64,000 nt of DNA from Octopus vulgaris (GCA_951406725.2 OX597818.1:56110001-56174000), one strand, 5' to 3'; counted from the stretch's first letter, positions 1 through 12,714 are shown. Numbers and translations are program-made. Notes: generated by a model not told the origin, from the sequence alone.

Positions 1-380
1 TCTGCTATATAGCCTCAGGAAGACCCAAGCCCTTGTGAGTAGATTTGGTAGACGGAAACTGAAAGAAGCCCGTTGTGTATGTATATATATATATATATAT
101 ATGTTTTTAGTGTGTGTGTGTTTGTCCCCCAACATCACTTGACAACTGATGTTGGTGTGTTTCAGTCTCCCCGTAACTTAGCAGTTTGGCAAAAGAGAGC
201 CCGATAGGTATATATATATATATGTTTTTATGTGTGTGTACTTGGCTTACAAAGAACTAAGTCCTGGCAAAAAGAGTCCCGACATTTGTTCGACTAAAAT
301 AAAAAGCTGATTTGTTCGATCTAAAAGCGGATACAGGCATCTAGCATGGCCACAGTCAAATGACTGAAACAAATAAAAGA
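1..380 (+). mobile_element. SINE family A (tRNA/CORE-like), partial and locally scrambled copy
   Basis: Matches other copies in the window (tatagcc...gtagacggaaactgaaagaagcccg...gcatggccacagtcaaatgactgaaacaa); internal blocks are out of order. Confidence 0.75.
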
Positions 381-663
381 ATACTATAGGCTATAGGCTT
401 AGTATATGAGGAGGTGTTTATAATAAACCTGACTGACCAGAGGCATGCTGGCTGCAACCATCCTATCTTGTTACGGGTAACTAGGATTACATTATCTAAT
501 GTGTCCTTTTGAGGTTTGATTTAGGGATTGTTTGATTACTTTACAGTAAAGACTTTATCATTGGTTCATCTGTGAAATGGCATTTTTGTGTGTAGTAGAA
601 TTATATATTCATATATGACCCATGCTACCATAGAAAAATAGGCACTTACACATTGATAAGGTC

Positions 664-725
<62 letters not shown>

Positions 726-1351
726 CACACACTAGCCCAGGCTTATGCACTCAGAAAGTTTCTAGCTTAAATAAATCAAGCTGTGCTTTTTTGGAATGTA
801 TAGAAAATAGTTTTATGATTAAAATATTAATTTGAACTGGTTATAATCATTAAAGCTCTTTATTGTTGCGAGGAAAGCCCAAGTTCGAGTTGGAAGTTAG
901 TAAAAGGAAGTTTTAATTAAGTGGATATAGTTATAGTGAATGATGAAGGTGCCAAGAATGTTATCTTACAGGGTAATGAGACACAGGCAGTGAAAGTAGA
1001 GCACCTGCTACAGCTGGAACAAAGCAAAGTGAGAAGATCGTGTGAGATGTGCAGTATGAGTTTGATAGCTGAAATGAGTTTTGTCAGGGCAAGAAGATAG
1101 AAAATTAGTGGTATCAAATATTATCAGCATTGGAGAAGATAGCTGTAAACCGAGAGTTTGTAACGCTACTAACTGTAAAAGAAGAGGGTATAGAATAAAA
1201 AGTTTATAAAGCTAAGATGTGTGTATATAATAACTGTTGTAATCTAACATGTTAACCTCATCAATAATAGTTATGTGAACAGGACCCGATAACCATGTGT
1301 ACAGAGTAAGGAGTAATTAAATCTCATAATTAAGTCTAAAAATAATCAGTA

Positions 1352-1605
1352 TATACATATATATACACACGCACACATACATTATGTATATATACACACG
1401 CACACATACATTATATATATATATACACACGCACACATACATTATTACATATATATACACACGCACACATACATTATATATATATACACATGCACACATA
1501 CATTATATATATATACACACGCACTCATACATTATATATATACACGCACTCATACATTATATATATATACACGCACACATTACATATACACACACACATA
1601 TATAT

Positions 1606-1638
<33 letters not shown>

Positions 1639-1758
1639 CATATATATATCATCATCATCATATATATATATATATATATACAAACACATACATTATATAT
1701 ACATACACATATACATACATACATACATACATATATACACACATATATTTATATATAT
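1352..1758. repeat. Compound (CA)/(TA) microsatellite with a ~25-30 bp higher-order unit (tacacacgcacacatacattata)
   Basis: Directly visible; source of the spurious HT/YI ORFs. Confidence 0.95.
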
Positions 1759-1902
1759 GCAGAATCAGTATAGAGTCACTAGTTCAAACAATATTGTTTT
1801 CATTCTGTAAACAACGAAGCTGTGTGTGTAGGTGTGAAATGAACTTCAATTTAAAAACAATCAGTGGATTTCTTCAATCTCTCTCTCTGCTGCCAGTTTT
1901 GC

Positions 1903-1933
<31 letters not shown>

Positions 1934-2351
1934 TCCTTTTTGCAGGCTTTTAAAGCACATCTTTCATTCAGCAAATACCATCTGTCAATGTGCCCTAATC
2001 TTATCTCGCTTGCAAGCAGTCCTCCCGTTCACCTTTCTATTGCCTACTTTGCTACATTACTAAGATCTGAGAAAATGCTGACACCGTCGGAACTACAAAC
2101 TAATCCACAATTTAGATAAATCTTTTCAACAAATATCAACTCCTTCATAATTCACTTCTCATAACTGTTCTTGTTACTGGAGCTGAGTAATCATTTCGAA
2201 TTAACGTACAGACTAATTACTTTTCCCCGTCTAACTTATTTAGTAGTCATACAATAAAATTATCTTTACATGTTGAAGGTATAAGAAGTTCTAACTATCT
2301 CCACAGAGCTCTAGAATATTTAGAGTTTATGAACTATCGCATATAGTTTTT

Positions 2352-2690
2352 AGGAGTGGCTGTGTGGTAAGTAGCTTGCTTACGAACCACATGGTTCTGG
2401 GTTCAGTCCCACAGCGTGGCATCTTGGCCAAGTGTCTTCTACTATAGCCTTGGGCCAACCAAAGCCTTTTGAGTGGATTTGGTAGACGGAAACTGAAAGA
2501 AGACTGTCATATATATGTGTATATATATACACACATATATATATATGTATGTATGTTTGTGTGTCAGTCTTTGTCCCCACAACATCGCTTGACAACCGAC
2601 GTTGGTGTGTTTACGTCCCGTCACTTAGCGGTTTGGCAAGAGAGATCGATACAATAAGCAATGTGTCCTTCGATTTGCTCGACTAAAAGG
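2352..2690 (+). mobile_element. SINE family A, near full length
   Basis: tRNA-like head with A box (TGGCTGTGTGG) and B box (GGTTCAGTCCC), CORE-like cttggccaagtgtc, internal TA tract; many copies in the window. Confidence 0.85.
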
Positions 2691-2691
2691 C

Positions 2692-3000
2692 AGTGTACTT
2701 ACACCATGTGTCCCGTCATTAGCACTTTGTAATAAGTCTTTGCATTAGATACTTATCACTGAGAGGCAGAAAATCTCACGCTGTGGTTCTTGGTAATGTC
2801 TTAAATTGGTCAATAAGCATTGAAATACCCTTTTTGCAGTGTGTGTGATCAAGCCATAGCATTACAGGTTTTCAATGCTTACATCCTGACAAACATTCTC
2901 TACCAAGAACCATCTGGCAGTCGATTTTCTCGCATGGTACTAGTCTCTAATGTTCTCGTTTCAGTCATGTTCAACTGTAGGCACATGGTGTAAGTACACT
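2692..3000. repeat. Degenerate foldback/MITE-like inverted repeat
   Basis: Perfect 19-bp terminal IR (agtgtacttacaccatgtg / cacatggtgtaagtacact) plus internal IR pairs tggttcttggta/taccaagaacca and aagcattgaaa/tttcaatgctt. Confidence 0.65.
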
Positions 3001-3179
3001 CAAACCAGCTTGCAGCAATTCGACCGTCCAGTTTCTATATCTGAAGAGGAGATAACTACTCCGAAATGCTTGCATCTCACAGTTTGCCGATAGGTGGCGC
3101 TGTGAGCTGATCAGGGATGTAAACACACCATTTGTCTATAGCAAGAAATGTTGGGGGGACAAACCATGACAAACACACG

Positions 3180-3210
<31 letters not shown>

Positions 3211-3669
3211 AATGTGCTTTTAGCATATTCGAATTGGTCATAATTGCATTACAAGAATTGTTTGTCAACCATCAGGCATAGTACAAGAATTGCCCATGGT
3301 GCCAGTGAAGGGGGGGACTGTGAACCCAAGAGAGCTTTTATGCTGTTACTTGATCAAACAAGCATGATCTTTGCAATACAGCCAGGACACATTGGATGAT
3401 ATAATCCATCAGTGAAGAGAGCTTTTATGCTGTTACTTGCTTTTATGCTGGTATATACCAAACCACACCATGTTCTCTTTAATAAAGAAGGACACATTGG
3501 ATGATATAATCCTAGATAAACTATATATAAAAAAGACAGTGGTTATGGGTCCATTTGATCAGTATTAACTGTAAGGGCCAAACAACACTGAAATTTTCTA
3601 TAACAATCTTCTTTATATTTTGAAGAGATAATATATATTTTTTAAAATAAGTACTTTACTGCTAGTAAT

Positions 3670-3885
3670 CCTTTCTACTAGAGATACAAGGACTGGAATC
3701 TTGTGGGATGGGGCTGGTCAATTACACTGACCCCAGTGCTCAACCAGTAATTATTTCATCGACCCTAAAAGGATAAAAGGCAAAACTGACCCCAGCAGAA
3801 TTTGAACTCAGAATGTAAAACACTGAAAGAAATGCTGCCTAGCATTTTGTCCCGTACACTGATGATTCTGGCAGGTCATCACCTT
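3670..3885 (-). mobile_element. SINE family C (Nin/Deu-like domain)
   Basis: Reverse complement contains gccttttatccttttagggtcgatgaaa; same family as 12483-12714. Confidence 0.7.
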
Positions 3886-4574
3886 CTTTACTTTTAGTAA
3901 TAATTGTTGTTTATATATACATAATTTATATATACATAATTGTATATATATACATAATTGTTGTTTATATATACATATATTGCTGACTGTTTTAATAACA
4001 GGAACACAGCATCAGATAAATTTATTCCTTGAAACTGAAATTCTTTTTCCACACTTCCCTAACATTTGCTCCATTTCTTATTGTAATTATCTGACTTAAA
4101 AGGCATTTTTATTCTTAGCCTAGTCATTGATATATGTTACTTCACTGCGATACCTCTAATCAGAAATGGTAATCTATTGTTGGTGATTTTCCTGTGCCAA
4201 TTATATGCAGTGACAAGGTTAAATGTTAAGCATTTTACATTCTAAGAAACTTCTCCCCAAGCTTTTTTCCCTCCCATTCATGTGTATAGATGTATTATAT
4301 GTTTGAAACAATCATACCTTTAACTTATGCATGAATGTCTCCTGTTTAAGACAAGAAAATACCATTATGATCAATTGCTCGTTATGAATTATTTAATCTG
4401 TCTCTAAAATTAGATAACTTAAAATAGAAGTCCTTCTTCTGTCGACTTGTGGACAGGCACTGCACTGTCTTATGTAATCATTATCTTTTCTATTAAACTT
4501 CTCTGTATCATTCCAGTTTTATTATATAAAAGTACATCCTGCTTTATGTAGCTACAAACCATTTGATGACCTCG

Positions 4575-4823
4575 TACCATGCTGTTAAAACAAGCTTTTT
4601 TAAAAGAATATATTCTGAGGTGGTGGCCACTTCTTACCTCTTTTATATCTCAACCACCTAACTCATCCCTAAACATTTGTTCAATCCTCCATCACCAGAT
4701 CTTTAGCCATCCGAAATCCTTACCAATACATTTTATAAAATGTTGAAGTTGAATAACAACTTTGGTCATGGCCACCACCTCAGAATATATTCTTTTAAAA
4801 AAGCTTGTTTTAACAGCATGGTA
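4575..4823. repeat. Perfect 55-bp inverted repeat (4575-4629 / 4769-4823), 139-bp spacer
   Basis: taccatgctgttaaaacaagc...gaggtggtggcca is the exact reverse complement of 4769-4823. Confidence 0.95.
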
Positions 4824-5273
4824 TGTGGGCATGAAATTAGAACATTTGTCTCTGTCTATGTGAGTTTGCATGTCAATCACGTTCCATGCAGAATACCTTA
4901 CTCAAAGGTAGTGCTCCAACATGGCCCCAGCCTCTGGATGAAACCAACAAGAGAATAAAAGAATCTGTTTTAAAAAAATACAGAATATGTAGGAATCCAA
5001 GTTGTGGGTCATCTCAATACATTCATGACCCCTTCTCTGTGTCTTTCCAAAGTTTCCTTTGATCTCGACTACATTTAAACATTCCACTACTCAGCATATC
5101 TACTAATACTGCCAAAGTCTTTGATCGCTAGCTTCTTTATCACCTCACAGGCTCTCAAAAGTTAGCATTCTTATTACACACACCCAATATTATCTAACTT
5201 TCATACAAAGAAACAAACCATTTCTTAGCCTTTTCCTTCCATTACAATACTATCGTTATTTTCATATTTCTAA

Positions 5274-6185
5274 CTAGCAGTATCGCCCGGCGTTGCTCGG
5301 GTTTGTAAGGGAAATAACTATATAAGCATTTTTAGAGAGTTATAGCCAAAAAATATCAAAAAATGCAAAAATGGAAAAAAAATTATGGTAAATTTTTTTT
5401 TAAATCGTTGACTCATCGTAGACATTTTTAGAGAATTACTTCCCTTATATAATAGCGAAAAAATGCATTAAAATGGAAAAAAATGATGGTAAATTTTTTT
5501 TTAAATCGTAGACTCATTGTAGATGTGCGCTAATACCCAGAAGGGCTCGATATGAATCACGACTATAAGATACCCGGTTTTGGTTAAACTGCACCGCAAA
5601 ATGTGGGAGTAGTTAGGAATCTAAATCGTAGGAGACAGACACACAACTTCTCTTTTATATATAAAGACTAGCAGTATCGCCCTGCGTTCCTCGGGTTTGT
5701 AAGGGAAATAACTATATAAGCATTTTTAGAGAGTTACTTCCTTTATAGATGCCAATTCGGGCTTTCTTAGCCATTTCTGTTTTGGTGTCTTCAAGCCATG
5801 AAGTCGTTGTTCTAAAAGAACGCTGGTCTCCTTGACAACGCATTACGACGTTGATTTCCTTAAACTCCCTTCCCCACAGCTTCACGAGGGAGAGAAGAAG
5901 GGGGAGAAGCAAACACAGGTGCAGGTGTTTGACCATGGACGCCAACTCCGCCGCCATCGACACACGAAAAATTATGCATTAAAATGGAATAAAAAATGAT
6001 GTTAAATTATTTTTAAAATCGTAGACTCATCGTAGACGCGCACTAATACTCAGACGGGCTCGATATGAATCACGACTATAAGATACCCGAATTTGGTTAA
6101 ACTGCACCGCAAAATGTGGGAAGTAGTTAGGAATCTAAATCGTAGGAGACAGACACTCACACAACTACAGTTTTATATATATAGA
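5274..6185 (-). mobile_element. Non-autonomous Helitron, head-to-tail dimer (5274-5667 and 5668-6185)
   Basis: On the minus strand each unit starts TC(TATATATA/TTTATATA) and ends with a GC hairpin (CCCGAGCAACGCCGGG in the first unit) followed by CTAG; inserted between A and T with no TSD; third copy at 35935. Confidence 0.88.
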
Positions 6186-6941
6186 TTACATCACTTTTAT
6201 CAGAGAACTTGATTACACTTTCATCAAGCTGTATGATAATTCCTAACATATCAAACAAACAGAATGACATGCTTCCATAACATCTGCATTATCATGTACA
6301 ATATCCTCCAATCCCCCAATAGAGATTTTGGTCTGATATTGAATGCAATCTTATTGTACCCGGAGTTTCACTGATCTGTCAATTAGCAAACTTGAGTCTT
6401 AGAAAATATGCAAAATCTAGCTTGGAGCTTCAAGCCTGCAATGACATTATCTAAGATATGATGAATTGTTTGCTTGGAAAGAAACTGCCACTGCCTTGAC
6501 CTGGATTACAAAGAAAGGTCAGGTATCACTTATCTAGAACAGGTTTCAGTAGATAAACAATATTTCTTCATGTCAGCAAGTACACATTTTAAAAGATGTT
6601 GCATATAGTGTGTGTGTGTGTGTGTGCCTGACAGAACTCTCAAATTTTACTGAATAAACACACTAGTGATGTAATGCTATATTTTCTTACTAATTTTCCC
6701 AGTTTTTAGTGGATGGTACATAATTTAATATATTTGATGAAAAATATAATTCCACTGGCTTTCCTACAGAATGTCTGCAAAACTGACAAGAAGTGCTAAA
6801 CTATTTGGTTAGCAAAAACAGCATCTTTCAATGTGTTTTGATCACGTGTCAGGGTCTGATCTGGCAAACTTCATTCTAAATTATCTTTTGACAATAATTG
6901 TGCGACAAATTATATTAACCACTTCCCGTTGAGCATTTCAG

Positions 6942-6942
<1 letters not shown>

Positions 6943-7000
<58 letters not shown>
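6943..7000. repeat. (TG)n microsatellite
   Basis: Directly visible. Confidence 0.95.
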
Positions 7001-7001
<1 letters not shown>

Positions 7002-7044
7002 ATACACACACACAAATACATAGAAAGAGAGAGTTTTGTTCTAG

Positions 7045-7134
7045 TTTCACTATCATCAGGATTTTGCAGAGGTGAAATGGCTAGATGGAGAAGGGATTAG
7101 ATTACCAGCTGATAAGTGTGAGATCAAATCTATT
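7045..7134 (+). CDS. Probable penultimate coding exon of an unidentified upstream gene (FHYHQDFAEVKWLDGEGIRLPADKCEIKSI)
   Basis: Acceptor gttttgttctag (in-frame alternative catcag, exon start 7060), open frame, strong donor att|GTAAGT; phase 0 matches the exon at 9873. Confidence 0.6.
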
Positions 7135-8297
7135 GTAAGTATTTTATTATATAATCTGGACACAAATACGTGCCAGATCATCTGGTATAGACTGGCAGTC
7201 TGTTCAGAAAGATCTCTTTTTCCTCTCCTCATTTGGTTCATGCCATGATATTGTCGATAAGCACTGGTCCTTAAAAGACCCCCTCGGGGCTTAGAAGATA
7301 CTTACATTACATTTACACTATACAGTTAAAACCCTGCATGTTCTCTAATTATATATAAATAACATATATAAACATATATATATATAAGCTTGGGAAAACG
7401 GATGTAAAATGATGATGATGATATATCTGTACAAATATCTGGAATTAATCATTTGGTCGTTTAAGTTTCAATGGAACTGCATACAAAAAGTTATTTAATG
7501 CCTAAGTTATCAAAAAATTAATTTTATGTATTTTAGTCAGGCTCCAAAATATTTTAGCTATTAAAACAAGCATGTGGGTGTGATAACCCATTATTTTAGC
7601 ACAACCACCTTGTGAGTGAGTGGTGGATGATAAAAGGGGCATCTGGTCTTAAAATGCCCATCAAAGTCAAATTAAATCCCAAATCGGTTTTTTAAATGAT
7701 TATCATTGTATGTCCATGTTTCATATTGGCATGGGTTGGATAATAGGGATCACAATTTGTCAAAGGAGGAGAAGTGGTTGTATTGATCTTTGCTCCAGAA
7801 ATTGGAGTGGTTAATGTTCAATCTGAATCATTGATTGATCGATCGATGCAGGATGCGAGAGATGAAACACCAATGTTAGTAATGAAGGGACTGGGAACAA
7901 GTGAAAGTAAGACAGCAAATATTTGTGGTTGGCTGATTCAGAGGAACAAAGGACATTGCAGAATCAGCGAAGAGACGAAATTGTGTGTGTTTGTGAGGTG
8001 GTGGTTATGTGCGGATGGCTACATTTTTGTCAGTCAAATGAGCCAGTGGCACATACAAAGTACCCAATACACTCTGTAATGTGGTTGGCGTTAGGAAGGG
8101 CTACCAACCACAGAAACCATGCCACTGTCCAACCAAAATGGACATTAAACGAAGTTCAATCATATTGCGTAGCCCTAAACATAGCTGAGACTACATTGTC
8201 CAGTCAGTCCTTTCTGTTGTAAGACAACGGAATTTGATTAAGAGAAGCTGACTGCTGTTTGTGGCAGCTTCAGTGACCGTACTATACTCTTTAACTC

Positions 8298-8653
8298 TTT
8301 TTACTTGTTTCAGTCATTTGACTGTGACCATGCTGGAGCACTGCCTTTAGTTGAGAAAATTTACCTCAGGACTTATTCTTTGTAAGCATAGTACTTATTC
8401 TATCGATCTCTTTTGCCGAACTGCTAAGTTACGGGGACGTAAATACACCAGCACCGGCTGTCAAGGGATTTTGTGACAAACACACACACACACACATATA
8501 TATATATACGACGGGCTTCTTTCAGTTTCCGTCTACTAAATCCACTCACAACGCTTTGGTCGGCCCGAGGCTATAGTAGAAGACACTAGCCCAAGGTACC
8601 ACACAGTGGGATTGAACCCAGAACCATGTGGTTGGTAAGCAACTCCTACGCCT
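8298..8653 (-). mobile_element. SINE family A, full length
   Basis: ttttacttgtttcagtcatttgac ... gaaccatgtggttggtaagc; reverse complement of the tRNA-headed element. Confidence 0.9.
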
Positions 8654-9872
8654 ATTTTCTTTAATATATGTAAACTTTAAGACCACATTGTTTTCAGCAT
8701 ATTCAAACATGGCAAAACTTTTCACAAGCCTAATTCTATTTTTAATATACCAGCGAATGAGAGAACTGTTAAGCGATCATTGGATCTGCTAGAAATAGCA
8801 GTGAACTATCTCTCTAGTAGTACTCATACCATCATAAAATAAGAAGGATATTGATTAATAATGTAACCGCACACATATTATACACTGGAAAATAAAATGA
8901 AATGGTCGTGGCTGGATTGATTTTGCTCATAGGTTTACTATATCAAAACTATTTTTAGGCTAATCAACAATTCTTTCCGTAGATGGAAGAAAATTAGAGA
9001 AATTTTCTTGTTAGGCAAAAGGTTTAACGAAGTCTAAAAACTGAATATTAGGGGAGACTACTCTTACATAATTAAAATGGATAGATGTCCTTGGATTATT
9101 TTATTTATTATTTTATTTTAATACCAACGTATTATTGGAAACGAAGCAATTTTTTTTACAAATTTCCTTGTGTTCTCTTTCGTAGTTTTCAAGATGAATT
9201 AAAGGTTAGAAGATATTTTTATCGTTTAACGTTTATCATGACTCTATAATCAAGCTGGATAGGTTTATGGTGATCGTTAGCCGTTCCAATACCGTGACAA
9301 ACCACGATTGTCTTACAACAGACCAGCGGAGCTATACAAACACTGTATCGTGTTTGATTTTTATTATAAAGGGAATAATTAATGGTCTTTGTTCTGGATA
9401 GCGTTTTTTTTTCTTTATTGCTGGATCAAAGACATCGCGCTCCAGACACAAGTATAACCGAGACTACATCATTCAATGTACCCTTCTTTCAGCTGGTTTG
9501 AGTGTCATGTGAAATAGATGTGGTTGCTTTTTCGAGGAGGTCGAGTGACATTGTAAAGGCTGCTGCGGCTATTGTTGTTGAATTCTGTTAATGTATTTGA
9601 TTTGTAATTATATTAAAAGAAACAATGATATTGTTTGTACCGAAATATGTATCAAATAGAATATGACCTTGCCATTATGCAAAAGAATTAATTAAACGAA
9701 TTAAAATGGCTTACTGTTAATTAAAATAACTAAACAATTAGAATGGGGTGTCTTAATTCAATTTGTTGAGGCAGAAAATAAATCTAAAGATATGTCATTG
9801 TTCCAATTGTTAATTTTTATTCTGTTTCTTAGATTAAATTTTCATAAGGATTATCTAATAATTTCCTTGCAG

Positions 9873-9965
9873 TTACCCGAGCAACAGTTGGGGCAGCTGT
9901 GTAGCAGCCGGAATAAAGTAGTTGCCGAACTGGCCTCAGATCTCCGTACTGATCTCAACTATTAA
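9873..9965 (+). CDS. Probable terminal coding exon of the upstream gene (LPEQQLGQLCSSRNKVVAELASDLRTDLNY*)
   Basis: Acceptor atttccttgcag, GC-richer protein-like open frame in an AT-rich context, stop TAA, AATAAA at ~10073. Confidence 0.6.
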   Translation, partial: LPEQQLGQLCSSRNKVVAELASDLRTDLNY

Positions 9966-10261
9966 CAGTGTTTCATGTTGTCATAAATTAGTAGGAAAGC
10001 TGAGATATTTCAGTCCAGAGAAGAAAAACCTCTCTAGGTCAAGCTTTTTTTTTTTTTTTTTTTTCTGTTGTCAATAAAAGTTTTTCATTTCATCTTCTGT
10101 ATTTTTAATTACTTTCAAGATTCACAGAAAAATATAAAAATTACTGAAGTTTTATAGTTCTATCCTCTAGTTATACGCATGCAAAGTTATTTTATTAAAA
10201 TACAATAGAAAATATATTTATATGAACATATGTTCCCATTTTATATTGTCATATATATATA

Positions 10262-10535
10262 TCATCATCATCATCGTTTAACATCCTCTTTCCATGCTGG
10301 CATGGGTTGGACGGTTTGACTGAGGACTGGCAAGCCAGGAGGTTGCACCATGCTCCAATCTGATCTGGCAAAGTTTCTACTGGTGGATACCCTTCCTCAC
10401 GTCAAGAGTGTAGTGGGTGCTTTTTATGTGCCACCTGCACAGGAACCAGTCAGGTGGCACTAGCATCCAGCATGCTTGAATGGTGCTTTTTACGTGCCAC
10501 CAGCACATGAGCCAGTCCAGCGGCACTGGCATCAA
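10262..10535 (-). mobile_element. SINE family B ((GAT)n tail, internal ggtggcacgtaaaaagcacc repeats)
   Basis: catcatcgtttaacatcc...ccatgctggcatgggttggacgg; more than ten related copies in the window. Confidence 0.8.
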
Positions 10536-10861
10536 CCAGTAAAACTCAACACATTTGATAGAAGTTGGATACAACTCCACCTAGCCAAAAGTTTTGTGGG
10601 CATGGAGGACACAACCCTCACACCAGATGCAGAACTGAATCAAACTTTATTAAAAGTATGTCTGAGTCTCTGTGTGTGTGTATGTATATATATATCTTTT
10701 ACTTGCTTCAGTCATTTGACTGTGGCCTTGCTGGGGCACTATCCTGAAGGACTTTAGTTAAATCAACTTCACGATTTTTTTTTTAAAGTCTAGTTTTTCT
10801 TCTATCAGTTTTTAAGCAGTGGTGGGGAACAAACATAGACATAGCTATAAACATATATATA

Positions 10862-11095
10862 CAGCATTAGCCATAAGTCACCCGACAGTAAATCAAAATT
10901 CCATAAATACTTTTCTGTAATTCTGTGTTGACTTGAATGGGAAAATGTGTCGCTCAAGAAGGACTTCAGTTTTAACAATTTTCATAATGTTTCATATTTA
11001 GATGCTTTTATTAAATTCATTCAGTTGTTAAACATAAATAAATCTTGGAATTAAATGGTTTTGGTTTACTGTCAGGTGACTTTTGGCCAACCCTG
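10862..11095. mobile_element. Tc1/mariner-type MITE
   Basis: ~37-bp imperfect TIRs (cagggttggccaaaagtcacctgacagtaaaccaaaa), TA on both sides. Confidence 0.75.
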
Positions 11096-11876
11096 TATAT
11101 ATACATTTTATATATATATATACATACACACACACAAAAGTTTTCTTCCAGTTACTGTCTACCAAATCCACTTAGAAGGCTTTGGTCAGCCCAAGGCTAT
11201 AGTAGAAAATACTTGCGAAATGTGCCATGCAGTGGGACTGAACCTGGAACCATGTGGTCAGAAAGCAAGCTTCTTACCACACAACCACGCTTGCACCTAT
11301 AAATATATTTCATTCAGTCCTTGGTTATGGTCAGTCAGAAAGTTACCATTGGTTTCGTGTCTGTTATTGCTCTTATAAGTAAACTCATTGGACTTGCTGG
11401 CCAGAGACACATAACTTCTTTACTAATGGAGGTAAGAATACAGTCTTGGTCAGCAAGGTTGTGAAAAAGGAAAACCCTGAAACAAAATTCTTTGAAGCGG
11501 AAACCCCACCTGGGGAAAGATAGAGTCATCTCCCTTTGAACCGTATTCTTACCTCTATTAATTAAAGAGCTTCCAGGTCAGATGAATCATCTATATTGCT
11601 TAAGACAATAATAGACATGAAATCAATGGTAATTTCCTGACCGATAATAATCAAGGACTACAAAATATATACATACATGATATACTTTTATTTGTTTCAG
11701 TCATTTGGCTGTGGTCATGCTGGAGCACTGCCTTTAGTCGAACAAACAGACCCCAGGACTTATTCTATCGGTCGTTTTTGCCAAACCACTAAGTTACAGG
11801 AATGTAAACACACCAACATCAGTTGTCAAGCAATTGTGTGGGGGAGAACAAACACAGACATACAAACATATATATA

Positions 11877-12237
11877 TATAATCAAAATAAGCAACAAGGA
11901 TATCCAAGGTAATGTAGTACAATCGTTTCATGCTACTTCATTTTATTAAACACTGTAAGGATTACATCAGTTTTAAAATGTCGAGCAATCTTCAGCCACA
12001 TACAGAATGCACATTCTTATACTTATTTCATAAGTATAAGAATGTGCAAACAAATATAAGAATGTGCAAATAGGTATAAGAATGTGCATTGTCCGTTTAA
12101 TTAAAAAATTCTATATGTGGCTGAAGATTGCTCGACATTTTAAAACTGATGTAATTCTTAGTGTTCAATAAAATTAAGTAGCATGAGACAATTGTACTAC
12201 TCTACCTTGGATATCCTTGTTGCTTATTTTGATTATA
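11877..12237. repeat. Long foldback (~130-150 bp arms) adjoining a TA tract; possibly a Penelope-like element end
   Basis: tataatcaaaataagcaacaaggatatccaaggta...gcaatcttcagccacata is mirrored by tatgtggctgaagattgc...taccttggatatccttgttgcttattttgattata; centre has three tataagaatgtgca repeats. Confidence 0.8.
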
Positions 12238-12482
12238 ATCACCCCCATTTGATTTATATGGATAATACCATGCAAAATTCTGGTGCCTTTAACTTAAGTA
12301 CCATATTCATCTGAATCTAAATTTTGCTGAACTTATATATATATATAATATATATATAATATATATAATGCGTGGCACCTTAGGCAAGTGTCTTCTACTA
12401 TAGCCTCAGGCCAACCAAAGCCTTGTGAGTGGATTGAGTAGACAGAAACTGAAAGAAGCCCATTATGTGTGTATATATATAT

Positions 12483-12711
12483 AGGCGGCTAGCTGGCAGA
12501 AACGTTAGCACGTCGGGCGAAATGCGTAGCCGTATTTCGTCTGCCGTTAAGTGTTCTGGGTTCAAATTCCGCCGAGGTCGACTTTGCCTTTCATCCTTTC
12601 GGGGTCGATAAATTAAGTACCAGTTACGCACTGGGGTCGATGTAATCGACTTAATCCCTTTGTCTGTCCTTGTTTGTCCCCTCTATGTTTAGCCCCTTGT
12701 GGGTAGTAAAG

Positions 12712-12714
<3 letters not shown>
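12483..12714 (+). mobile_element. SINE family C (tRNA-like head + Nin/Deu-like domain), full length
   Basis: gctggcagaaacgttagcac...gttcaaattcc...gcctttcatcctttcggggtcgataaattaagtaccag; the last motif resembles the Deu/Nin SINE central domain. Confidence 0.85.

Noticed and set aside
1317-1810. ORFs rich in HT/YI/CV (also 28365-28681, 29340-29830, 31893-32873)
   Set aside because: Translations of (CA)/(TA) microsatellites.
1946-2118. Open frame after a (CT)n tract and ttttgcag
   Set aside because: No good donor, no recognisable protein; the pyrimidine tract is a microsatellite.
3295-3515. Short shuffled direct repeats (agagcttttatgctgttacttg, ggacacattggatgatataatcc); similar scrambling at 200-400
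   Set aside because: Looks like consensus/assembly error or local slippage; not interpretable without reads.
11318-11476. Exon-like segment (plus 11318-11431 SLVMVSQKVTIGF...; minus 11347-11476 VFLFHNLADQD...)
   Set aside because: Plausible splice sites on both strands and no phase-compatible partner; cannot be resolved from sequence alone.
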